NCBI GenBank assembly: GCA_902557645.1
Contig: CACEAP010000004.1
Location: forward strand, 11,803 to 75,802
Reading direction: 5' to 3'
DNA length: 64,000 nt
From: an uncultured SAR86 cluster bacterium
Lineage (GTDB): Bacteria; Pseudomonadota; Gammaproteobacteria; Magnimaribacterales; D2472
Shown here: one piece after another, positions 27,381-36,158 of the stretch
Numbering within the stretch: the stretch's first letter is position 1
How the letters are laid out: each line of letters begins with the position of its first letter
Notes under the pieces: generated by a model
Seen by the model: the letters and a program-made list of their open reading frames with translations, nothing else
Told to the model about the DNA's origin: nothing
Databases searched by the model: none
Program-made: the position numbers and the translations under genes

Positions 27381-28895
27381 ATGCAAAATATTAGCAAATC
27401 TAGGTTTTTATTATCCGTTTCACTTATTCTTTTAATTACAGGAATGGTTTCTGCAAATTCCGATGTTTCAGAAGCTTTATTTCTGCAATTACAAGCTTTT
27501 TTATCTAATTATTTTGGATGGATGATTATAATCCTTGCAAATGGTTTTTTAATATTTTCAATCTATCTTTTATTTACAAAATATAAAAATATTAGACTTG
27601 GTGGTGCTGATGCCAAGCCCTCATATACATATATAAACTGGATTGCTATGCTTTTTAGCGCTGGTTTAGGTATTGGATTACTTTTTTATGGAGTAGCTGA
27701 GCCAGTTATGCATATGAATTCATATCCAGGAATGATTGATGGAGATAATTCATATAATGCAGGCAAAGCAATTAATTTAGCAAATCTGCATTGGGGCCTT
27801 CATGGGTGGGCTATCTATTCATCATTAGGTTTGTGTTTTGCATTTGCTTCTTATAATAAAAAGTTACCTTTTAGAGTTAGCTCACTGCTTGGTGAAAAAG
27901 TTTCAACTAATAAGCCTCTAGCTATTTTGATTGATGTTATTGCAATACTTACAACTGTTTTTGGTATAACAACATCATTAGGTCTTGGCGCTATGCAAAT
28001 AAGTGCAGGCATGTCTCATATTTTTGGAATAGAAGAATCCTTCACTAATTACGTTTATATAATAATAGTTATAACTCTTTTAGGCTTAACTAGTGTTTCA
28101 TTAGGATTAAATGCTGGAATTAAAAAACTCTCACAGATTAATATGATTATTGCAAGTGGATTGCTTTTTTTAGTATTCGCATTAGGCCCTACTGTATTTA
28201 TTCTTAATGCTTTAGTTCAAAATTTTGGAGCTTATTTAAATTCATTAATTCAATCAGCAACATGGACAGAAGCATATGATTCAACAGCATGGCAAGATGG
28301 TTGGACCTTATTTTATTTTACCTGGTGGTTTGCCTGGGCTCCATTTGTATCTTTGTTTATTGCAAGAATATCTTATGGAAGAACAATCAAAGAATTTATA
28401 ATAGGTGTTTTGTTTGTGCCTTCTTTAATAGTGTTTTTATGGATGGGAGTTTTTGGCAATGCTGCGATTTATCAAGTTATAAATAATACCAGCGAAATTA
28501 GTCAAATTGTTGCAAATAATATGAATGTTGCGCTATTTACTTTATATGATGTTTATCCCTTAGCTCAACCATTATCAATTGTTTCATTAATATTAATAGT
28601 TACCTTTTTTGTAACATCATCAGACTCAGGTGCATTGGTAGCATCAATGCTATCTTCTAAAGAGCAGACTGACATCAACGATGATTCACCAATTCTATCA
28701 AGGGTAACTTGGGCAATATTATTGGGTATAGTAGCAGCTGTGTTACTTTATGCAGGTGGGCTGACTGCACTTCAAACTTCAGTGGTGATTACAGGTGTTC
28801 CTTTTGCAATTATTGTAGGATTTGCTTGCTTGAATTTATTAAGAGGATTGAAAGAATTAGATGATGCGCCACCAAGACATATAAACTCCGATTAG
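27381..28895 (+). CDS. BCCT family transporter (copy A)
   Basis: BCCT signature WTLFYFTWWFAWAPFVSLFIARISYGRTIKEF; 504 aa, 12 TM pattern. Confidence 0.9.
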   Translation: MQNISKSRFLLSVSLILLITGMVSANSDVSEALFLQLQAFLSNYFGWMIIILANGFLIFSIYLLFTKYKNIRLGGADAKPSYTYINWIAMLFSAGLGIGLLFYGVAEPVMHMNSYPGMIDGDNSYNAGKAINLANLHWGLHGWAIYSSLGLCFAFASYNKKLPFRVSSLLGEKVSTNKPLAILIDVIAILTTVFGITTSLGLGAMQISAGMSHIFGIEESFTNYVYIIIVITLLGLTSVSLGLNAGIKKLSQINMIIASGLLFLVFALGPTVFILNALVQNFGAYLNSLIQSATWTEAYDSTAWQDGWTLFYFTWWFAWAPFVSLFIARISYGRTIKEFIIGVLFVPSLIVFLWMGVFGNAAIYQVINNTSEISQIVANNMNVALFTLYDVYPLAQPLSIVSLILIVTFFVTSSDSGALVASMLSSKEQTDINDDSPILSRVTWAILLGIVAAVLLYAGGLTALQTSVVITGVPFAIIVGFACLNLLRGLKELDDAPPRHINSD

Positions 28896-29042
28896 ATCGA
28901 TCCAAGTAACTAAAAATAAAAATAATAACCATACAGTTTTAGTGTCGTAATTCTTAAAAAGCTTTTTTAAGATAAAGTGAATTATGCCAACAGAAATTGC
29001 TAGTATCCCAAAACTTATAAATATAGCTTTTATAAATTCCAT
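28857..29042 (-). CDS. 61-aa two-TM hypothetical protein
   Basis: Track ORF with two hydrophobic helices. Overlaps the 3' end of the convergent BCCT gene by 39 nt. Confidence 0.35.
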   Translation of the reverse strand: MEFIKAIFISFGILAISVGIIHFILKKLFKNYDTKTVWLLFLFLVTWIDLIGVYMSWWRII

Positions 29043-29045
29043 TAT

Positions 29046-29198
29046 TTAACTCTCATCATCAATACTTTCATCGATAACTTCTAGCTCTTCTTTTGTCATA
29101 TCTTCCTCAAACACCAAAGTATCCTTTTTGGAAAATCTTTTAACAAGAAAATAAGAAAAAATAACTAAAACTAGAATTCCAATAATTTGTACTAACAT
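29046..29198 (-). CDS. 50-aa single-TM protein with acidic tail
   Basis: My own translation: MLVQIIGILVLVIFSYFLVKRFSKKDTLVFEEDMTKEELEVIDESIDDES. Lies 3 nt upstream of 28857..29042. Confidence 0.3.
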   Translation of the reverse strand: MLVQIIGILVLVIFSYFLVKRFSKKDTLVFEEDMTKEELEVIDESIDDES

Positions 29199-29316
29199 AA
29201 ATTTATATAAAATTTGATTTATTTAATAATAACTAATTTTTTATTAAACAATAATCATTTTTGCAAAAAAAATAAGGTTTTTATATTAATAGACTTAATT
29301 CTAAGTATGTCGCATC

Positions 29317-30747
29317 ATGTCAATAAGTATGACCAAGATAAGACTATCAACAAAATTTGCTTATGGTGTAGGTGCTATTGGGGAATCTAGTGTTATATGG
29401 CTTTTTAGCACCCTAGCGTTTTTCTATTACAACCAAGTAATAGGTTTATCTGGAACTCTTGCAGGATTAGCAGTGTTGATAGCTACAATCTTTGATGCTA
29501 TTTCAGATCCATTGGTAGGATCAATCTCTGATAATTATAAATCAAGATTAGGTAGGAGACATCCTTTTATGTTCGCTGCGCCTCTACCAGCAATGATATG
29601 TATTTATTTTATTTTTACACCCCCTTCAGGCCTTGATCAAATAGCAATATTTGCTTGGTTTGCAATATTTACTATTCTGCTTAGATTAAGTATTACTTTA
29701 TACACAATACCTCATTTAGCTTTGGGTGCAGAGCTTTCAGACGACTATATCGAAAGATCAAACATCATGAGCTTTAACAATGTTTTTGCATATACAGGGG
29801 TAATTATTATGCATGTGTATGTATGGTTTTTGATCTTTCCTAATATAGATGGATATGAAATGGGTCAACTTTCAAAAGATGCCTATCCTCCTATAGTATT
29901 TTTTAGCTGTATATTAATTGGTACTGCTATGACGGCCTCAGCATTCTTTACAAAAGACCAAATCCCCAACCTCAAACAAGCAGATGCAAGAAATGAAAAT
30001 AATCTTGCCTTAAGATTTTTTAAAGATATATTTGCAGTATTAAAAAATCCTAATTACCTATACCTGTTACTAGGAATTTTTTTCTTATCAATATTAATCG
30101 GTACCCATGAAACTTTGGGTCTTTATATGTATACCTTTTATTGGAAATTAAGCCCCATTCAAACTGGTTGGTTGATCATGAATAATGTATTTGGGTATGC
30201 GATAGGTTTTATTATTACCAGTAAATTACATAAAAAATTTGATAAGCCAATAATTATTGTTTTATCTGCAATTCTGTTAAGTTTATTCTGGTCATTAGCT
30301 GTAATATTAAGTTTGTTTGGATTAGCCCCTGCGCCTGCTTCGTGGGATTTAGTAATTTTTATAATAATATTAGGCTCTGTCGCTGCAGCTGGTGGATCTA
30401 TTTTGCATATAAGTGTGATGTCAGCATTAGCTGATGTTTGTGATGAACATGAGTTGCTTACAGGATACCGACAAGAAGGAATCTTTTATTCAGCAAGATC
30501 ATTCTTTGCAAAAACCTCAGCTGGAGTAGGTCATGTCATAGCAGGTGTAGCGCTTGATATTATTAATTTTCCAAGAGGAGATATAAATGCAGAGGTTACA
30601 GAATCCATGCTTTTTAATTTAGGATTGCTTGATGGTCCTTTTGCAATGATATGGGGTTTAATTGCTGCAGTTTTTTATTCAGGATATAAAATTAATAACA
30701 AATATCATGCAGAAATTAGACAAAAACTTAATAAAAAAAATATATAA
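29317..30747 (+). CDS. GPH (MelB-type) cation symporter
   Basis: DPLVGSISDNYKSRLGRRHPFMF motif; 476 aa, about 12 TM. Paralog of 5004..6413. The start could instead be the ATG at 29329. Confidence 0.85.
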   Translation: MSISMTKIRLSTKFAYGVGAIGESSVIWLFSTLAFFYYNQVIGLSGTLAGLAVLIATIFDAISDPLVGSISDNYKSRLGRRHPFMFAAPLPAMICIYFIFTPPSGLDQIAIFAWFAIFTILLRLSITLYTIPHLALGAELSDDYIERSNIMSFNNVFAYTGVIIMHVYVWFLIFPNIDGYEMGQLSKDAYPPIVFFSCILIGTAMTASAFFTKDQIPNLKQADARNENNLALRFFKDIFAVLKNPNYLYLLLGIFFLSILIGTHETLGLYMYTFYWKLSPIQTGWLIMNNVFGYAIGFIITSKLHKKFDKPIIIVLSAILLSLFWSLAVILSLFGLAPAPASWDLVIFIIILGSVAAAGGSILHISVMSALADVCDEHELLTGYRQEGIFYSARSFFAKTSAGVGHVIAGVALDIINFPRGDINAEVTESMLFNLGLLDGPFAMIWGLIAAVFYSGYKINNKYHAEIRQKLNKKNI

Positions 30748-30759
30748 TTAATATAAAAA

Positions 30760-31314
30760 ATGGATGCTATTAAAAATATTACTGAAAGGAATTCTGCAAG
30801 AGAATTAATCGAGCCTCATCCATCTAAAGATGAGATGCAAATAGTTTTTAAAGCTGCTTTAAGAGCCCCAGATCATGCGTGGCTAAGACCTTCAAAATTT
30901 ATTCAAGTTAGTGGAGATAAAAGAAAAAAACTATCTGATATTTTCTTAAAAACTGCTCGTGAATTAAATGACGAATTAACAGAACTGCAAATAGAGAAAT
31001 ATCATAACGCCCCATTTCGAGCCCCAATGATAATTATTTTAACTTCCAGTCCAAAGGAACACCCTAAAGTTCCAGCAATTGAACAAATTATCTCAACAGG
31101 ATGTGCTGGTCAGAATATTCTTCTAAGCTTAAATGCATTGGGTTATGGCGCGATCTGGAGAACAGGGACCTTTGCATTTAATAAACAAATATCCAAAAAT
31201 CTTGGGTTAGAAGATGGTTCAGAGGTAATAGGTTATATTTATACTGGTACTATGACTGGATCAAATAAAAAAATTCCTAATTTGAATATTGATGAATATG
31301 TTAATGTTTGGTAA
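30760..31314 (+). CDS. nitroreductase family protein (YdjA-like)
   Basis: 184 aa with RNSARELIEPHPSKDEM...AALRAPDH near the N-terminus and a GYGAIWRTG region typical of small NAD(P)H nitroreductases. Confidence 0.85.
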   Translation: MDAIKNITERNSARELIEPHPSKDEMQIVFKAALRAPDHAWLRPSKFIQVSGDKRKKLSDIFLKTARELNDELTELQIEKYHNAPFRAPMIIILTSSPKEHPKVPAIEQIISTGCAGQNILLSLNALGYGAIWRTGTFAFNKQISKNLGLEDGSEVIGYIYTGTMTGSNKKIPNLNIDEYVNVW

Positions 31315-31374
31315 AAACAAATATTAATTAAATGTTATATTTATTTATATAATTTAAATAAATAAAGGTCCTGA

Positions 31375-32574
31375 ATGAAAATTTTTTCTATAGCGTTTTT
31401 GGTTGTAGCTCTAATAGCTGCTTTTGTATACGGTCCTGGAGCTATGAGGGTTTATAGAATTATGCATTTATATGATGAAGATAAGATTGCAAATAACTTT
31501 ATTAATATGAATAAGTTATTTACAACATCAGAACCAATTCAGCCTTCTTCTAAAGCAAAACCATTACCTAAATCAGATAAACCTTTTTCTCTTCCAAGTA
31601 CTTTTTATTTTGAAGATAAAGATCAAGATCTAAATGCAGCATTGAAACATTTTAAAACTGATGGACTTTTAATCATTAAAGAAGGTGAAATTGTTTATGA
31701 AGAATATTTCAATGGTAATAGTCAAACAACAAGACATATATCATGGTCAGTTGCTAAATCATTTCTATCATCGCTTGTTGGTATTGCAGTTAATGATGGA
31801 TTGATCGATGATATTAATGATCCTATTACAAAGTATTTACCTGATTTTAAAAATACTGGATATGACGGGGTTACGATTAAAAATATTTTACAAATGTCTT
31901 CTGGGGTTTTATTTAATGAAGATTATGCTGACCCAAATTCAGATATAAATAAATTTGGAGTAGCTATTGCAAGAGGAACATCATTTCGAGACTTTGCTAA
32001 AACTTTAACAAAAGATAAAGAACAAGGAACATATAATCATTATGTAAGTATAGATTCGCAAATGTTAGGCCTCTTACTTGATAAGGTGACAGATATGCCG
32101 CTGAGAGAATATTTACAAATGCATATTTGGGAAAAAATTGGAATGGAAGATGAGGCCTATTATTTAGCTGATAATGAAGATGTAGATTTGGCATTAGGTG
32201 GTTTAAATGCAACTCTAAGAGATTATGCAAAATTTGGATTATTATATTTAAATAAAGGTAAATGGGATAACGAACAAGTTGTCCCTGAAGCTTGGGTTGA
32301 TGCTTCTCATACTATGGATCTTCCTCATCTTCAGCCAGCTGCTGGTGATGATTTATCCTCAAGTGATTGGGGATATGGATATCAATGGTGGGTTCCAGGG
32401 TTTCCAAATACTGATTACACTGCTTCTGGAGTTTACAATCAATATATATATGTGGATCCTGTTACTGAAACAGTTATAGCAAAAATATCATCAAATCATA
32501 GGTTTACATCAGAAAAAGAATATTCAAAAGCTGCTCATGTTGCTATGTTTAGAGCAATTGCTCAAACTCAATAG
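31375..32574 (+). CDS. membrane-anchored/secreted serine hydrolase, beta-lactamase family
   Basis: N-terminal hydrophobic anchor, SxxK motif (SWSVAKS), and YGYQWW near the C-terminus. Confidence 0.85.
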   Translation: MKIFSIAFLVVALIAAFVYGPGAMRVYRIMHLYDEDKIANNFINMNKLFTTSEPIQPSSKAKPLPKSDKPFSLPSTFYFEDKDQDLNAALKHFKTDGLLIIKEGEIVYEEYFNGNSQTTRHISWSVAKSFLSSLVGIAVNDGLIDDINDPITKYLPDFKNTGYDGVTIKNILQMSSGVLFNEDYADPNSDINKFGVAIARGTSFRDFAKTLTKDKEQGTYNHYVSIDSQMLGLLLDKVTDMPLREYLQMHIWEKIGMEDEAYYLADNEDVDLALGGLNATLRDYAKFGLLYLNKGKWDNEQVVPEAWVDASHTMDLPHLQPAAGDDLSSSDWGYGYQWWVPGFPNTDYTASGVYNQYIYVDPVTETVIAKISSNHRFTSEKEYSKAAHVAMFRAIAQTQ

Positions 32575-32582
32575 GTGTAAAT

Positions 32583-33359
32583 ATGAGCAATTTAAGTAAA
32601 AATCCTGTCGCTATTATAACTGGCGGAAGTAGAGGAATTGGAGCTGCAACTGCCCTATTGCTTGCATCAAAAGGTTGGAATATTGCAATTACTTGTTCTA
32701 GTACTTTGGAAGATGCAAATTGTATTATCAAAAAATGTGAAAAAGTTAACAATATAGAGGGTATAGCAATCCAAGCAGATGTCTCAATTGATGAAGAGTG
32801 TCAAAAAACAATCCAAGAAACTGTAAAAAAATGGGGCCGAATTGATGCATTGATTAATAATGCTGGTACCAGTAAATTTGCTTGGGATCATTCTGATTTA
32901 GAACAGCTTGATGTAGATGATTTTTTAAGAATATATTCGGTTAATCTTGTTGGACCTTATCAAATGGTAAAACATGCTAAGCCTTATTTATTAAAAAGTT
33001 CAAATCCTAGCATTACTAATATTTCTTCAATAGCAGGAATTAAGGGAATAGGAAGTTCTGTAGCTTATGCAGCATCAAAAGGTGCTTTAAACACAATGAC
33101 TATTTCGATGGCAAGAAACTTAGGACCAATAAGAGTTAATGCTGTTTGTCCTGGTTTTGTGGAAGGGGAATGGTTGAAAGCAGGCTTGGGTGATGAAATG
33201 TTTAACGCAGCAAAAGAAAATCTTGAATTAAAAGTACCATTAAAAGCAGTAGCTAATCCAGATAGTGTTGCCCAATCAGTGTTTTCATTTGTTGAAATTA
33301 ATAAAATTGTTACTGGTCAGCTCTTAATAGTTGATGGTGGTCACCATCTCGAGCTTTAA
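32583..33359 (+). CDS. SDR family oxidoreductase
   Basis: TGGSRGIGAA cofactor motif, NNAG, and catalytic YAASKGAL. Confidence 0.9.
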   Translation: MSNLSKNPVAIITGGSRGIGAATALLLASKGWNIAITCSSTLEDANCIIKKCEKVNNIEGIAIQADVSIDEECQKTIQETVKKWGRIDALINNAGTSKFAWDHSDLEQLDVDDFLRIYSVNLVGPYQMVKHAKPYLLKSSNPSITNISSIAGIKGIGSSVAYAASKGALNTMTISMARNLGPIRVNAVCPGFVEGEWLKAGLGDEMFNAAKENLELKVPLKAVANPDSVAQSVFSFVEINKIVTGQLLIVDGGHHLEL

Positions 33360-33402
33360 ATAAGTATTGAAAGATATTTTAAAATTATGTTAATTTAAAT
33401 AA

Positions 33403-34785
33403 ATGAGATATAGAAATTTTATATTTACTTTTGCGCTTAGTTTTTCATTTATAACAATAGGAGCGCCATTTGATTCAACTTATGCTCCTCAAAATTCACC
33501 AATAATATTTTTAAAAAATGCGAATATTTATGATGGTGAAGGTAATGAATTGCTTGGATATGATTTATTAGTAAAAAACGGTCAAATTCAAGCTATTGGA
33601 AAAAATCTTTTATTAAATGAGACAGGTAAAGTTCTTTCATATGATCTAACTAATCAATGGGTTACTCCTGGAATAATTGATATTCATTCTCATATGGGTG
33701 TTTATTCTGCACCAGGTGTTAAGACAAGCTCTGATGGTAATGAATCAACAAGCCCTGTAACTGCAGATGTATGGGCAGAGCATTCTGTATGGACTCAAGA
33801 TCCTCAGTTTTCCTTAGCACTTCAGGGTGGTGTTACAACTTTTCATGTTCTTCCTGGATCTGCAAATCTAATAGGAGGAAGAGGCACAACTTTTAAAAAT
33901 ATACAAAGCAATACTATTCAAGGTATGAAATTTCCTAAAGCGCCTCATTCATTAAAAATGGCCTGTGGTGAAAATCCAAAAAGAGTCTATGGTAGTAGAA
34001 AAAGAGCTCCATCAACTAGAATGGGTAATGCTGCTGGCTATAGAAAAGCATGGATTGATGCAGCTGAATATAGAGATGAATTAAATTCTTATGTAAGTAA
34101 ATCCGCTTCTGCTAAAGAAATAGTTAACCCCCCTACCCGTGATCTTGAGATGGATACACTTGCAGGTGTCTTAAATGGCGAAATCCTAGTACATAATCAC
34201 TGCTATAGAGCTGAAGAAATGGTAGTAATGATAGATATTGCAAATGAATTTGGATACAAAATTACAGCTTTTCATCATGCTGTCGAAGCATACAAAATTG
34301 CTGATTTATTAGCAGATAATAATATTTGTGGTGCTTTATGGGCTGATTGGTGGGGATTTAAACATGAAGCTTACGATATGGTTCAAGAGAATATTGCAAT
34401 TGTTGATCAAGCAAGAGGTGGCAAAGGTTGCGCTATTGTTCATTCAGATGATGCAATTGGAATTCAGCATCTTAATCAAGAAGCAGCAAAAGCACTTGCA
34501 GCTGGGAATCGAGCAGGATTTGATATAAGTAAAGCTAGAGCAATGAAATGGATTACTTTAAATCCAGCTCAGGCTGCTGGCATTGAAGATGTAACAGGGT
34601 CATTGGTCAAAGGTAAAGATGCTGATATTGTAATATGGAATATGGATCCATTTAGCGTCTATGCTAAAGCTCAAAAAGTTTTTATTGATGGTAATTTAAT
34701 GTTTGATAGAGACAACCTATTAACCAAACCAGTGTCTGATTTCGATCTTGGGATTATTCAGCCTAATTTGAGTAGAACAGAATGA
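33403..34785 (+). CDS. periplasmic amidohydrolase-superfamily enzyme
   Basis: Signal peptide, HxH metal motif (GIIDIHSHMG), late AIVHSDD, and a GSLVKGKDADIVIWN tail typical of this superfamily. Confidence 0.85.
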   Translation: MRYRNFIFTFALSFSFITIGAPFDSTYAPQNSPIIFLKNANIYDGEGNELLGYDLLVKNGQIQAIGKNLLLNETGKVLSYDLTNQWVTPGIIDIHSHMGVYSAPGVKTSSDGNESTSPVTADVWAEHSVWTQDPQFSLALQGGVTTFHVLPGSANLIGGRGTTFKNIQSNTIQGMKFPKAPHSLKMACGENPKRVYGSRKRAPSTRMGNAAGYRKAWIDAAEYRDELNSYVSKSASAKEIVNPPTRDLEMDTLAGVLNGEILVHNHCYRAEEMVVMIDIANEFGYKITAFHHAVEAYKIADLLADNNICGALWADWWGFKHEAYDMVQENIAIVDQARGGKGCAIVHSDDAIGIQHLNQEAAKALAAGNRAGFDISKARAMKWITLNPAQAAGIEDVTGSLVKGKDADIVIWNMDPFSVYAKAQKVFIDGNLMFDRDNLLTKPVSDFDLGIIQPNLSRTE

Positions 34786-36002
34786 ATAAAATACATTTAA
34801 TTACTGTTTTTATTTTTTCTTTAAGTTTTACTCTAAATGCAGATATCTTAATTAAAAACGGAAATATATACTCTGGCGATTCTGCACCTTTTATTGGTGA
34901 TATTTATATCAAAGATGGGAAAATTCATTCTATTGGTTCATTAAATATAAAGGCATCTAAAGAAATAGATGCTCAAGGTAAAATAGTTACCCCAGGCTTT
35001 ATTGCTCCTATGACATTAATTGGAATTGTTGAAATTAACTCTTTGGATGTTACTAGAGATGATGAGTCCGATTATTTAAATATGGGCTTTAGTATTTTCA
35101 GAGCGTACAACCCTAACTCAACTTTAATCCCCTGGAATCGTGCTAACGGTATTACTTCGGCTATATCTATTCCGCAACAAACCTCAATGCCGCTTGCTGG
35201 TATGGGTTCATATTTTATCTTAGATGGAAATATGAATATATCTGGTTCTAAAGATATGATGATGCTAGGTAGAATTGGTGCATCATCAGGATCGCGGAGT
35301 GAGGATCTGGATCTTTTAGAAAATCTTATCAGTTTAGGCAAACTTGCAAAGAATAGACCCTACGAAAAAGTAATTGAATCTCCAATAGCAGTATTTTTTG
35401 AACTTTTAATCCAAGATATTGAGGCTTTAGATAAAGTAGCAAATGAAGGCCTGCCTCTAGTAATTAAAACTAATCGTGCTTCTGATATTAAGCATCTAAT
35501 AGATATTAAAAATAAATATAAGTTAAATATGATTTTAGCAGGCGTTGAGGATGCACCAATTGTGATTGATGAACTTGCTGCTTCTGAAATACCTGTGATT
35601 ATTAATCCTATGGATAATATTCCAGATTCTTTTGATGAGTTATCAAGCTCATTGGAATTGTCAGCTATATTAAGTAATGCAGGTATAACTGTCTTATTTG
35701 ATACTTCTAGATCGCATAATTATCACCTTATTAGACAAGGAGCAGGCAATGCTGTTGCTTATGGTATGGATTATTTAGATGCTATAGCAGGATTAAGTGC
35801 TAATGTAGCGAATGTATTTGACCTTAAAGATAGAGGCTCAATTACTAAAGGTTATTATGCTGACATTGCTATATGGGAATCTGATCCGCTTGAGCCTGCC
35901 TCTATCCCCTCTTATGTCTTTATTAATGGTATTGAAAGTGACTTAACGACTCGATCATCTCGCCTAAAAGATAGATATATTAAAAAATTAGACAAAAAAT
36001 AA
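34782..36002 (+). CDS. amidohydrolase-like paralog lacking the HxH motif
   Basis: Signal peptide. The start overlaps the upstream stop (ATGA). It keeps the family tail GSITKGYYADIAIWES, but the position of HxH reads TPGFIAPMTLIG. Confidence 0.75.
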   Translation: MNKIHLITVFIFSLSFTLNADILIKNGNIYSGDSAPFIGDIYIKDGKIHSIGSLNIKASKEIDAQGKIVTPGFIAPMTLIGIVEINSLDVTRDDESDYLNMGFSIFRAYNPNSTLIPWNRANGITSAISIPQQTSMPLAGMGSYFILDGNMNISGSKDMMMLGRIGASSGSRSEDLDLLENLISLGKLAKNRPYEKVIESPIAVFFELLIQDIEALDKVANEGLPLVIKTNRASDIKHLIDIKNKYKLNMILAGVEDAPIVIDELAASEIPVIINPMDNIPDSFDELSSSLELSAILSNAGITVLFDTSRSHNYHLIRQGAGNAVAYGMDYLDAIAGLSANVANVFDLKDRGSITKGYYADIAIWESDPLEPASIPSYVFINGIESDLTTRSSRLKDRYIKKLDKK

Positions 36003-36158
36003 GTTATTTTTTAAAATTTTTTGTTGAAAACCTTATCATCAAAGGATTTATGCATATTTAATAAACGTAAAAAATTAGTTAAAAAAATAGCATTAAGTAA
36101 TATATCCATATATTATATACATCAGATACAACTAATTATTCATTTTTAGGGGATACTT

